Of a stretch of 64,000 nucleotides of DNA, positions 11,761-23,778 are shown one piece after another; position 1 is the first letter of the stretch; the number at the start of each line of letters is the position of its first letter. This DNA is from Podarcis pityusensis (Eukaryota): NCBI GenBank assembly GCA_964106645.2, contig OZ067040.1; one strand, 5' to 3'. A model generated the notes under the pieces. That model was not told where the DNA came from and did no database searches. It saw only the letters and a program-made list of their open reading frames with translations. Position numbers and translations under genes: made by a program.

Positions 11761-12959
11761 ACTCTAACTATTTTGGGGCGGGGGGGGTGAGGAAACACAA
11801 ATGTGGTGGGGGGTAGAAATCTCTCTTCTATTCACTTGTTTTAATTTGCCAGCAATTGCCATTTTAGATGAGCTGTAAGCAGCATTCTATAGGCAACTAA
11901 AACTAGTTTGATTCACTGCCCTCAAAACTGTGCTTTTCTTTGCTTTTTATCCATGTGAACCAATTTAGTATATCATTGCAAGTAAGTGAACAAAATAAAT
12001 TCAAGAAAATGTAGTTACTACATTGGGCGAATTTGCTCATTAATAGCTGCTTCTTCTCGAAGCATATTTTCCTTCTGCTTTTATGTTTCCCACAATGCCC
12101 ATTATTTAAGCTGTCTTAAATAAAATGATGCAAAAAATATTTATATGCCATTAAAAACTTCTTTCTTTCTTTCTTTCTTTCTTTTTTTAAAAAACCCACT
12201 AATGCAAAATGGACAGTATGACCATTTAAATTATTTCCAGTCTAGTCTAGTGTTCTTGTCCATGTGCTGAAAAACAGATAAACTCTGGGTTTATACTACT
12301 GAACATTTTCTTTTTCATCATATTGAAGCATATTCAAGAGAACATGAACCACAGAAGAATTACGAGGGACTTCATGATTAAAAATATCTTTTTAAAATGA
12401 GCATATAAACCAGGCCTGCATATACCATAGCCTGTGCCTTATCTAATGAAACACAGCCTATTATCCATGCATTTTGCTATGCCAGATATTTGACAGCCCC
12501 CCGTAACTTTATGAATTTCAGACATGAAACAAAAATGGAGCTTATTGAGTCCCTTTTGGGCCACCATACATGGCTGGTGGGCTATCTTCAGTTTGATTAA
12601 AAGGGAGAGTGAAAACCACATAGAAAACACATGTTAGGATACCTTCTGAACCCAAAGTGTTTTTTGCAATTTGTTTATAGTGTTATTTTAATTTTCATGC
12701 ATTTTTTATTATTGTGAGCTACCTGGGCTCTCTTTGGAGAGGAAGGGTGGACTGTACAGTTGAAATAATACATAAATAAGGAGGTTGTACTATCTGAACT
12801 CAGCTCTGGGCAGCCTCCCTGTCTGAGAAGGGTCACGCTGAGAGGTTTTGAAGGTGCAGATATAAAATGCTCAAAGGGATACTTTGAAGGCAGGCATTGG
12901 GGCCAATCTCTGCCTTCAAATCTCACCCTTCTCAGCCAGGAGACTGCTCAGGTCTGAGG

Positions 12960-13378
12960 TAAGGATGGGGAAAAAATTCAATTCAGTTCACATTGTATAC
13001 CAGCTGACCTAATTCACTCTTGCTGAAACAATACACAAACTGAAACAGCCTTCCTTCAAAATATGCACTTTTCTGAATTTTGCAATACAATTCTCCAGCC
13101 AAGTAAGGTTTACATAAATGCATATGCTTGGAAACTTACTCATATGTCAGTGAAAATAACACACACAAATGCATTATATTAGGGGAAATTTCTTTGCAAA
13201 AAATGTGTATACTAGGCACAATTGCGTACAAATGGGAGAAATTCACACTAAAATGTTGAATTTTAACACACATACACACACTCAAACTGCTGTGGAAATG
13301 GGATGACTTAAATTTAAGAAAGCAAAAGTAAGAGACAGAGAAGCACTGAAATTGATCATATTCACAAATACCCAATCT
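12960..13378. mobile_element. Old non-autonomous DNA transposon (hAT-like)
   Basis: Its 3' part aligns by eye to 53205-53367, which ends in attcacccatccct. It starts taaggatggg, an imperfect inverse of that end. Confidence 0.45.
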
Positions 13379-14983
13379 AAGGAGGGATGCACTGAGAAAC
13401 CAGGGGAACATTATTGCAGATTTAATTTTGTTTGGATGAAAGGAGATAGTCACGCACAGATTTTGACACATGCATAGTTCTGTTTCAGCTGTTTTGTGAG
13501 GATTTTGCCCACTTTTTGGTATTTCTGCAAAGCTCTTGTTTCTCCCAAACATGCTCCTACTTCCCTCTTGTGTGTGACTGGCGTCATTTTGGCTGGGTAA
13601 GAATCAACCCTCACCCCCTGAACACTGGAAAGAATGGGAAATATGTCAGGATTTTGCATCCGTTTAATCCTGAACAGTTATATAGGTGGGGAGTGTGTAC
13701 CAATGATTTAAATACGAAGGTTGAAGAGCTAAGGTTACTCAGCAATGGGTTCAGCAATGTATTGACTAAGCTGCAAACCTATTGATGACTAACTTTTTTC
13801 TGCCATGGGAATACAGTATCCATGCCTCTGATCCCACTGCCATCATGCATTAGGAACTGTATGTGGCACCATGCATTTTAATTTCCACTTTCCCTCATTG
13901 GCTTTGCTATATCCTATCAGCTCAGGCTACTTTACCTCTCAATTCTTCTGGCAGTGAAACTGCCCAATATATGAGGTCCTTATGTAAGATGGTGAAAAAT
14001 TGAGGATGGCAATTATTGGACTGAATCCAAAGACAGCTCCTGTTAGGAGAGACCAGGGGCTTGAAAACCCACCACCAATTATAACTTGTTGTTACAGGAT
14101 ACTCACATAGGAACCAATTCCCAGGAGTGTTCTTATATTGCTCTTAAAGAAGTGTGTGTGCCGCCCCCCTCACAATTTTTAATAATAGTCCCAACAGCAA
14201 CTAGAGGTAACTTTATTTATCTGTGATAATATAGAGATCACCTCAAGATACAAAAAGCATTTTACAGTTCTGATGGGAATAGCTTCTTTTTCTCCGATCT
14301 CTTTAGAATATGTCACAAAATATGATGAACTCTTCAGGCGTAAATGGACGTAGAGCCATTTTTGCAAAATGCTTGCAGCAATGTAAAAGCTTGCAATTCT
14401 TAGCCTCACCATTCTTCTCTTGGCATTCCTGCTCCATGACATGTTTATACTCCCTTGTGGGCTATAACCCCACATAGTTATCATCCTTCCCCCACCCCTT
14501 TTTAATGGAAAGTGGTAGGGTTCATGTTAAAATACGCTGTGTGGTTTTCTGTAAGTGTCATTTTTTTCAGATGAAATTTCAGTGCCCTTTCTACTAGCTA
14601 AATAACCATAAATGTGCTTTCATGCATATGCAAGCCTATCCCTCTAAGCACCTTATTAATTATTTCAAAGATATTTAGAGGTCAGTACTCATGGAAATAT
14701 CTATGCATGAAGACTCATTAATTCAAGACACCATAAAGAGAAATGGGATAGAGTTTAGTTACCATAAGACGAGAAAACTATTTTGTAGTGGGTTTTGCTC
14801 CTAGCTGCAAAGTCTCAGTATCTACACATAGAATGGGTTTAAATCATAGCTCTGTTTTAAATAATCAGACCAGCTATTGTAAAATGGTGTTCCAGCAAGT
14901 AGAAGCCCTGACATCTGAATTGAATTCTGAATTGACATGATTGGACATTGTCTAATGAATTTTAACCCTACGAAAGAGTGGGT

Positions 14984-15172
14984 AGGGCTCATCACTCAGT
15001 ACTTTACACATGGAAGATTGTGGGTTCAGTCCTGGTATCACACATCAACAGAGTCAGAGAGCAGGTGATGGGAAACACCCCTCTCTGCTGGATACCATGG
15101 AAAGCCTCTGCCAGTCAGAGTAGACAATAGTAGGCTAGAAGGGTAATAAGTATAAAGCAGCATCTTATGTCC
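14984..15172 (+). mobile_element. tRNA-derived squamate SINE (Squam3-like), old copy
   Basis: B-box-like gggttcagtcc and shared core ctgccagtcagagtagacaata...gctaga. Similar to the copies at 29426 and 35417. Confidence 0.6.
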
Positions 15173-15987
15173 TCATAAATTCTAAACAATACTTGCTAGA
15201 CTATCTATAGAAAACAACCCTACACCAGGTAGTATTTTTCTAGGCAATCTATCAGATTCTAACTTAGATCTCCACATTCAGGTATGCCAGTTATGGAGCA
15301 CAGCACATGCGCACGCGCGCAGACACACACATATATAACATTACATTCACTGTAAGGGATTTGTGGTGATACTGAAGCCTCTGGCAATTATTGCTTCAGC
15401 TGTCCTAATGTCACAAATAGTGGAGCAGGCAGAGGATGCTCAACCAATGGCAGCCAAAAGGCCCAGGAATGAATGAAAGCCAGAGCAAGGGAGGCTAACA
15501 GTGAGAAGGGGCAGAGTAATGTGCACATAGTGATGGAAAGTAGATTGGGAAACCTGGTATTCACATATTAATCTGAAATAACATGAGAAGTATTTATTCT
15601 CTGGCCTCTAATCTATGGTTGTTTCCAAAGGAGACATCTACTGTGGAACAGTCATGTTTCCCCTGCCCACTCACTTTTAATAGGGCATCTACATGACGCA
15701 GTGATCACAATATTTCCCCTCTGTTCAGCTTTCTTTCTAAAACACATACACCACACAGCTGTTCAAGAGGTTGTTTGGCCAATCATTGCTTCATAAAGAG
15801 AATAAATAAATGTTCTCTATGATGTCTTTCCTTTCTAAGAATCAGTTTAATCAGTTTAATCCTTCCTCTTCCAAATATCATTATCTTTATATTCATTTTC
15901 TTTTTCCTTCCTAAACTGAAGCTAATGGGTAACAGGATCATGCTTGGAAACGCAGCAAGGGGTAGTAGTCTACATTTTCTTCACACA

Positions 15988-16244
15988 TAATGACCGCTCC
16001 CCGCTTAAAACGGGGGGCGCCCTTTGCGTGGACGTGCGCAGCCCCTGGATCTGGAGTGGCTCCATCAGCATAGGCTTGGCTTTGCCTTCCCTCAGGTGGG
16101 ATACCTGGAGGTCTCCGCCTACCTCAGTAGTTGTCCAATCCCACCTGGGGGAAGCGTTGCCAAGGAGACCAGGCCAGGTAGGGGAGGGATTACCTGCCCA
16201 CACAATAGAGGGAGGATCTTACCTGGGAATCCTGTCCACGCAAT
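15988..16244 (+). mobile_element. Internally deleted copy of the 5670-6535 element, opposite orientation
   Basis: Near-identical to the reverse complement of 6289-6535, joined through CCT (16231-16233) to the terminal gtccacgcaat. Confidence 0.85.
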
Positions 16245-16784
16245 GGGGGAAACTGCTTTGAGTGGTATTTTTTACAACTAAGTGGTGTATATACTTTATG
16301 AAATAAATAAACATAGTGGTCCTAATGAAAATTACTCCACTCCCCTCACATTTGGAGCACATTTGGAGTCTGTCCAATTGGTGACAGATTCTAGAAGTCT
16401 GGAAAAAGAGTTGCTATTCCATTTCCATCTTAAAGCGGAACCGAAATGACTGTGTGCTACTAAATCATCCATGTCTGGAAGCACCCTATGTGTAATGACC
16501 CTGCCATTAAGGCACACAAGTTACAAAATTGATTTGAAAAATGCTATTTGTACAAAATACATTTTTCACTACATATTTCATGCTCAAATTACTATGCATC
16601 TATGAAACACATCTCTGTTCTCAGTTACAGCGATCCAATGAAGTAAATCCTGTTATTTTCCTGAAGAGTTTTTGACCTCTAGATTTATCCAGATATATAT
16701 ACAGTCATGGGGGAAAGCAAGTGCACCCTCCTTGAATTCAGTGGTTTTACATACGAAGACATAATAACAATCATTTGTTCCTTA

Positions 16785-17148
16785 AAGGTAAAGGTACCCC
16801 TGCCCGTACGGGCCAGTCGTGTCCGACTCTAGGGTTGTGCGCTCATCTCACTTAAGAGGCCGGGGGCCAGCGCTGTCCGAAGACACTTCCGGGTCACGTG
16901 GCCAGCGTGACAAAGCTGCTCTGGCGAGCCAGCACCAGCGCAGTACACGGAAACGCCGTTTACCTTCCCGCTATAAAGCGGTACCTATTTATCTACTTGC
17001 ACTTAAGGGTGCTTTCGAACTGCTAGGTGGGCAGGAGCTGGGACCGAAAGACGGGAGCTCACCCCGCCGCGGGGATTCGAACCGCCGACCGTGCGATCGG
17101 CAAGTCCTAGGCACTGAGGTTTTACCCACAGCGCCACCCGCGTCCCTT
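16785..17148 (-). mobile_element. Sauria SINE (Squam1), full length, inserted in the left Tc1 TIR
   Basis: The minus strand starts gggacgcgggtggcgctgtggg (A box), has ggttcgaatcc (B box) and ends (ACCTTT)n. A 12-bp TSD atttgttcctta lies at 16773-16784 and 17149-17160. Confidence 0.95.
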
Positions 17149-17297
17149 ATTTGTTCCTTAGCAGGTCTTAAAATTAGGTAAATACAACCTCAGATTAACA
17201 ATAACACATGGCATATTACACTGTGTCATGATTTATTTAACAGAAATAAAGCCAAAATTGAAAAGTCATGTGTGAAAAACTAAGGACACCGTATGAT

Positions 17298-18466
17298 TCA
17301 ATAGCTTGTAGAACCACTTTTAGCAGCAGTAAAGGGACCCCTGACCGTAAGGTCCAGTCGCGGATGACTCTGGGGTTGTGGTGCTCATATCGCTTTACTG
17401 GCCAAGGGAGCCAGCGTACAGCTTCCGGGTCATGTGGCCAGCATGACTAAGCCACTTCTGGAGAAGCAGAGCAGCGCTCGGAAATGCCATTTACCTTCCC
17501 GCCGGAGCAGTACCTATTTATCTACTTGCACTTTGACATTGTTGTGGAGGAATTTTGGCCCATTCTTCTTTATAACGTTGCTTCAGTTCATTGAGGTTTG
17601 CTGGCATTTGTTTATGCACAGCTCTCTTAAGGTCCCACACAGCATTTCAGTTGGGCTGAGATCTGGATTTTGATTGGGCCATTGCAACACCTTGATTCTG
17701 TTCTTTTTCAGTCATTCTGTTGGTGTGCTTGGAATCCTTGTCCTGTTGCATGACGCAATTTTGGCCAAGCTTCAGCTGTTGGGCAGATGGCCACACATTT
17801 GACTATAGAATAGTTTGGTATAGAGAGGAGTTCATGGTCAGCTCAATGACTGCAAGATTCTCAGTTCCCGTGGCTGCAAAACACACCCAAATCATCACCC
17901 CTCCACTACTGTGCCTGACAGTTGGTATGAGGTGCTTGTGCTGATATGCTGTGTTTGGTTTTTGCTAAATGTGGTGTTGTGCATTATGGCCAAACATCTC
18001 CACTTTGGTCTCATTCTGAACAAAGGATGTTGTTCCAGAAATCTTGTGGTTTCTTCAGATGCAACTTTGCAAACCAAAGCTGTGCTGCCATGTTGTTTTT
18101 AGAGAGACGAGGCTTTCTCCTGGAAACCCTTCAAAACAAACTGTACTTGTTCAGTTTTTTTCTCATTGCACTGTCATGAACTTTAACATTTAACATGCTA
18201 ACTGAGGCCTGTAGAGCCTGAGACGTAACTCCCCACCTCCCATTTCTCCAAGCATTGCACTGTCTGACCTTGGGGTGAATTTGTTGGGACGTCCACTCCT
18301 GAGAAGATTGGCAACTGCCTTGAATGTTTCTCACTTCTGAATAATCTTTCTCACTGTAGAATGATGGACTTAAAATTGGTTGGAGGTGGCCTAGAACCCT
18401 TCCCAGTTTCATGGGCAGCAGCACTTGCTTCCCTAAGAGCATTGTGTGGTCTTTCCTCCTTGGCAT
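17298..18466 (-). pseudogene. Tc1 transposase pseudogene
   Basis: Frameshifted fragments MPRRKD..., SQALQASVSMLNVKVHDS, ETKVEMFGHN, VMQQDKDSKH, WPNQNPDLSPTE and AAKSGSTSY*. Confidence 0.9.
17329..17537 (-). mobile_element. Sauria SINE, 5'-truncated, different subfamily, inside Tc1
   Basis: gtaaagggacccctgacc...cttccgggtcatgtggccagcatgac...tacctatttatctacttgcac. No TSD seen. Confidence 0.88.
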
Positions 18467-21276
18467 TGTGTTAAAACACACCTGAGCGCTCCAGACCAGC
18501 AAGTTACGGAAACTTTGGCTTTAATAGAGCTGGGCACACATGCTGATGATCAATTAAGCAAGGACATTTGATTAGCAGCCCCTGTCCGCTACTTAGCCTA
18601 TTAATTCCTATGGAAGCAGTAAGGGTGTACTTAGTTTTTTCAGACATGATTTCTCCATCTTGGCTTTATTTCTGTTAAATAAATCATGAGATGGTATAAT
18701 ATGTCATATGTCGTTGTTCATCTGAGGTTGTATTTACCTAATTTTAAGACTTAATAAGGAACAAATGATTGTTATATGTAAAACCACAGAATTCAAAGAG
18801 GGTGCACTTTCTTTTCCCCATGACTGTGTATCTCCAGCAAGATCTGATCATTCCCTTGATAGCATCAAAAACAGAGAGTCAAATGTTAATGGAAATCGCT
18901 GGCTATGATAATGATGTTATATAATTTCCCCAAAATAACAACACCAGAATGAACAGTGTTAATTTTAACATTTAAGCAAACTAAACAAAGCTGATACTTT
19001 GCCTCCTGTATTTGCACCCATATGCACCGAAGAGAACGGAGGAATATTATTTTTTAGCATTTCTGGGACCAACCTCAGTGACACCAATAAGACTTATCAG
19101 TGGCTTGACTGGAGCTGAAGTACCCCCATTTTTAATTCAAACAGATCTATAAAGTAATGTCCAGAATACAATAAAACTGTTGTATTTTTGTACTGTAAAC
19201 TGCCCTGTGACCCTCAAATGAAGGGTGGTATATAAATTTCAACAACAACCATGGTGTCAGTGTTTCTAAGGAGTAAGATCACAAGTATACCCTGAGACCT
19301 GCGGGTATAGGGTGGTATACAAACAACAACAAGTATGGATAATTTCAGAGGGGGTTTTTATAGACACAGTACAATCCTATATTCAACTACTCAGAAGTAA
19401 TGGAAATGAAAAGTCTTCACTATGGAACAATCAGTTCTGTTGGGTCTGTCTTCAGCTTCCCCCCGCTGCTGAATAATGTTAACAATGGTGCATTTTGACA
19501 TATGCTCTTTAGAAAGATATTGGTTTATATTTTCCACAAAAGAAGCCATGTGGAAGCAAAAAGATAAATTAGTCTCAGCTACTTTGGTAAGCATCAATCT
19601 ATTGTGTCAACTACACCTTTTTTTAAAGGAAAGCAGCAATTGAAAAATTCAGCCAGGAGCAGAAGAGTGGCAGAGTGGGCTTAACTCTTTCCCCTTCTGT
19701 TGCTTGTCCACACAAAATATCCCTACAGCTGTCTAGTTTTGTGCCTGAAGAGAAAAAATATGAGGTCCCCCTATATTTTATTCTGAAGGTGGGCAAAACA
19801 GGGGTAGGGCAGTATTTCTAGCAAACAAACTGCAGGAGGAAAAGTGGGGTAAGCAGTTGCTTCACCAGTAGTTCCTCGACTTTCAATCACAGACCTATAA
19901 GTCTGTTTTTCTTTATTCCTTTTTAAATGGTGGAATGTGTCCTGGAACTCAGTGTCACATCTAGTTAAACCCACAGCAGATGATATGCATGGGCTGAGAC
20001 ATAGCTGAGGTTAAATTACTACTTAACAAGCTGAGAATAAAACGTAAGGCAAAAAAAATTAATAATCCATAGATTGCTGGAGTATGTCAATAAATCCAAT
20101 AAATGAATACTGATATCTTTATCAAGAAATATTTTGTCCCAAAGTAGTAACCAACTAAACAGAGCAAAAGAACCAGAACTAAAATATGAATAACAACAAT
20201 GATGACAACAAAAATTTCAATTAAAAGTGCAATGCATTGACTCTTTAATGTCATGAAGTAATTTCCCAGTGAGTCCCAAACCATTTTAATAGTAGTGTCA
20301 GCTTGAAATTTAGCATGGGGAAGAAAATCCCAATGACTTCTCCTCTGCTGCAGTGGTTAAAATAGGATAACCACTAAATAATTGGAATTTGATGAACTGT
20401 ACATGTGTCTTCCTGGAAGCTGATGCCTGAGGTGGGAACTCTTCTGATAAATGTTAGAATGAGCCTACTCGAAATTCAACCATGGCCATTACTAACATGA
20501 GTGGAGATAATGAAAATAAACAGAAAACATTACACCTCTCCTGGATCCAATACTTCTAAGAAACAGGATGGAAATCCATTGCCAGAAGTGGCTCATCCAG
20601 CATTAAATAAATTATTTGGCTTGCCATGCTCAATGTGTCACAAAAACATGGATATGGCATGGTACTGCCAGCAAATTTGACACCTGAGAGCAAGAAAGAA
20701 AATTAGCTGTTTTGCAATTTTCGTTGTTCAGTGTTTAAGAATCAACATTTTGCTGTTTTGCTTTTTTTCTGATACGTCACCTTTTTCCACAATCATCAAC
20801 CATTTTTGATGCCTCTAATCCACATTTCTCTCCCTAGTCAAGCAGAAAGGATACTCAACCTAACAAATGCTGCGGGTGATCTGCCATGCACTCAACACAG
20901 TGGTAATTAACAGAGATAACTTCACCAGCCAGGAAGGTTATTTGAAATTCCTGTTACATACTTTTCCTATTAGCTGTTGAAGATAGGCCAATGAAGTTAA
21001 CAACTTATTTGACTCTAAAGAAGACATGTGGAGGTCATTCAGCTTTTCTTTTCTATTTTTTCCCCCTTGCAGTTTATAGCTATCATCATTTAACACTTGA
21101 TGATGATGAAATCCTAATGTGAAAAAATATGTATGCATATGCTTATAAAAGAAATGCCATTTAGAACCAAGATATAGCACTGCAAAGGCAGAACAGGACT
21201 AGAGGAGTTTTTCTGAAACCAATAGGCAGTCCATCAAAAGAAGCAAATGCTAAGACAAATCATTATTCCATGATTA

Positions 21277-22790
21277 CACTGGTCAACAACAAAGTTGTTG
21301 TCTGCATTTTTTCAGCTGATTTAGGACGAATCTGATGTGCTGAATCCAAAAATTACATTGGTTTTGCTCAATCAGGTCAAGTTTTTGAGCTATGGCCACA
21401 AGTCTCTTTTACGTTTTTGTTAACATGTACGCTTGTGTGGAGCATTTTAGAAGAAGTTTGTGGGGGTAAAATGCCATGTTGATTGGAAATGATTATTTTA
21501 ATGACAAGAAGTATTCAGGTCCGATAGTTCTGGGTGATTATGTCAAAAAGGGATCAGTTTGAAGTCATAAAACCTCGAAATCTTCCATATATTGGTGCGG
21601 CAAAGCATAAAGTTGGGGGATCAAAACTAAGTTAATGGGGCTTGGAGTGCCACAGTACGAACCCAAAGATTGGAGACTGTTCATTGACAGCAGCAAGCGA
21701 TCACTGAAATGTGTTCTGCTACACACCGGCAACCAGTTTGCCTCTATACCCCTGGCTCACTCAAGTACCCTGAAGGAGAACTATGAAGCGGTGAAGTATG
21801 TGCTGGAGAAAATTGGTTATGATCAGCATAAGTGGTTTATTTGTGTTGACCTGAAGATGGTGAACTTTTTCTTGGGACAACAGTCTGGCTTCACCAAGTA
21901 CCCATGTTTTCTGGGCATGTGGGATAGTAGGGACCGTGCTCAGCATTACACGAAGAAGGACTGGCCTGTGCGGGAGGAATTGGTGCCTTGCAAAAAAAGG
22001 AACGTCATCAACGACCCTCTGGTGGACAGAGACAGAATACTCTTCCCACCGCTGCACATCAAGCTCGGCTTAATCAAGCAGTTCACCAAGGCTCTGGACA
22101 AGGATGGTGACTGCTTCACTTACTTGTGCCAGACTTTTCCAGGATTGACCATGGAGAAGTTGAAAGCTGGCATGTTTGACGGTCCTCAGATCCGTCAGCT
22201 CGTCAGAGATCCAGAGTTCGGAAACTCAGTGAACGAAGTGGAACTGGAAGCGTGGAAGGCATTTGTTCTGGTAGTGAAGAACTTTCTTGGCAACAATAAG
22301 GCCAGAAATTACGCAGAACTTGTCAACAACATGCTGACTGCTTTCAGAAACCTGGGATGCAACATGAGCGTCAAGATGCACTACCTATTTTCACATATGG
22401 ACCGGTTTCCTGAGAATCTGGGTTCAATGAGTGACGAGCAGGGGGAGAGATTCCATCAGGACATGAAAGAGATGGAGACCAGGTATCAGGGTCGCTGGGA
22501 CACAGTCATGATGGCTGACTACTGTTGGACTCTGAAGAGAGACCTCCCTGCTGCTGAGCATTCCAGGAGTTCCAAGAAACGGAAGTTCAAGCCCTGAAGT
22601 TTGAAAAATGGTGAAGCAACATGCAATTTACCTGTACTTACCTTTATCAATGCCCACCATTCAGTTTACAGTAAACCTGACCTGATGGAGAGAAACGGAT
22701 GCCATTTCCTGATTCAGCAGTGCAAAAATACCCTAAATCAGTTGTAGAAATCTAGACAACATTCAAAAAGTAAAAAATTGTTGCCCAGTG
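21277..22790 (+). mobile_element. Chapaev3-like (CMC superfamily) DNA transposon, internally deleted
   Basis: TIRs CACTGGTCAACAA / TTGTTGCCCAGTG (1 mismatch) and a 3-bp TTA TSD (21274-21276, 22791-22793). Subterminal inverted repeats at 21338-21379 and 22678-22719. Transposase ORF inside. Confidence 0.9.
21635..22597 (+). CDS. Chapaev3-like DDE transposase, catalytic C-terminal part (320 aa, uninterrupted)
   Basis: Motifs WRLFIDSS, ICVDLK, TKYPCFL, PPLHIKLG and SDEQGERFHQD, plus basic KKRK near the C-terminus. No N-terminal Cys/His domain is present. Confidence 0.85.
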   Translation: MGLGVPQYEPKDWRLFIDSSKRSLKCVLLHTGNQFASIPLAHSSTLKENYEAVKYVLEKIGYDQHKWFICVDLKMVNFFLGQQSGFTKYPCFLGMWDSRDRAQHYTKKDWPVREELVPCKKRNVINDPLVDRDRILFPPLHIKLGLIKQFTKALDKDGDCFTYLCQTFPGLTMEKLKAGMFDGPQIRQLVRDPEFGNSVNEVELEAWKAFVLVVKNFLGNNKARNYAELVNNMLTAFRNLGCNMSVKMHYLFSHMDRFPENLGSMSDEQGERFHQDMKEMETRYQGRWDTVMMADYCWTLKRDLPAAEHSRSSKKRKFKP

Positions 22791-22908
22791 TTATTATTTA
22801 AAAAATTTTTTAAAAAATGAGTGACAGATATTTGTTATTTGAGCTAGTAATTCCTGCCTACTATTTAAGCCAAGTAATATGAGAGGGGGAAAATACTGGA
22901 TGACTTAC

Positions 22909-23045
22909 CCACACATGGGAGGGAGTAGCCAAGGTCAGGGTCATGGATAAACTGGCGATTGTTCAGCATAGTGACACCGTATAAATGAAAACAGTCCAGG
23001 CAAATGACATGGCGATGTATGCACTGGAATACCAACACAGGGCTC
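22909..23045 (-). CDS. PRKN: Parkin RBR E3 ligase, internal exon encoding most of RING1 (equivalent to human exon 7)
   Basis: The minus strand reads tttccttttag|GAGCCCT...TGTGTGG|gtaagtca, with a canonical acceptor and donor. It translates to [45 protein letters not shown], matching human Parkin [45 protein letters not shown]. The 137-bp length and splice phases match human exon 7. It is absent from the supplied ORF track. Confidence 0.97.
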
Positions 23046-23528
23046 CTAAAAGGAAAGGGGGAAAAGGATAAAGCAGTTTGTCTTTATTATGCCATGCTAT
23101 TCCTATGTAGCTTAGCTTCATGCTAGCAGTCTTCTATGCTTTATATGGAACATACAAAGACACAACATCTGCCTAGAGAGGACTTACATACCAAGACCTC
23201 TCAGATCTGCTACGTCAGCATGCTAGCACTGAGGATGAGGCTTACCAACGGCTGTACAGAATTATTGCGAGACGTGATGACACCGATTTTTAGGACTGTA
23301 ATTAAATTAAGACAGACTGCACAGAGAGGAGAGGGGTGAATAATTTAATAGCAAGGACTGGAGGGTAGTGGGGGGAGAAAGAACGCCAATATGTAATTCA
23401 GTCTCCATCAATAACATCCTACATGTTTCTGAAGATTGGAGAGGGGACATAAACCACAGAGTCATTGGTGATATTATGCCATAATTCCAAAAACAGTTTT
23501 GCGATGCATACAGTTTTGCGATGAATTA

Positions 23529-23778
23529 CTGTATTGGCCCGAATATAAGCCACACCTTTAAAATTCAAGGGGGAACAAGAAAAAAAGACAATACCCAAAC
23601 ATAAGCTGCTCCCTTAAAATTCTGCAGGCACTCACACCCGTTCTGTTTTACCGTATGTCTGTTTCAGCAGTGATATCGTAAAAGCCAATTTTTGTAAGGT
23701 CGCGGATTTATGCCACACTTTAACTTTTCATGGTCAGAATTTGGGGAAAAAGTGAGGCTTAAATTCAGGCCAATACGA
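23529..23778. mobile_element. TcMar (Tc2/pogo-like) MITE
   Basis: TA|ctgtattggcccgaatataagcc ... ggcttaaattcaggccaatacga|TA. Confidence 0.8.

Larger units (their letters stand above)
16702..18826 (-). mobile_element. Tc1/mariner transposon with long IR/DR-type TIRs, decayed, carrying two nested SINEs
   Basis: TA|cagtcatgggg...ccccatgactg. TIRs are ~200 bp (left 16702-17290 including a SINE, right 18623-18826), each with outer and inner DR-like motifs. Confidence 0.93.
1..22908 (-). other. PRKN: PRKN intron 7 (partial)
   Basis: Starts at the GT donor (22908-22907). No exon-8-like sequence (GCPNSLIKELHHF) was seen. Very large introns are typical of PRKN. Confidence 0.8.

Noticed and set aside
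21635-22597. Domesticated host gene nested in PRKN
   Set aside because: TIRs and TSD are intact and the N-terminal domain is missing. A young insertion explains the open frame, and there is no evidence of conservation.
23492-23523. Short direct repeats (acagttttgcgatg twice; similar at ~56483-56523)
   Set aside because: Ordinary small duplications with only two units.
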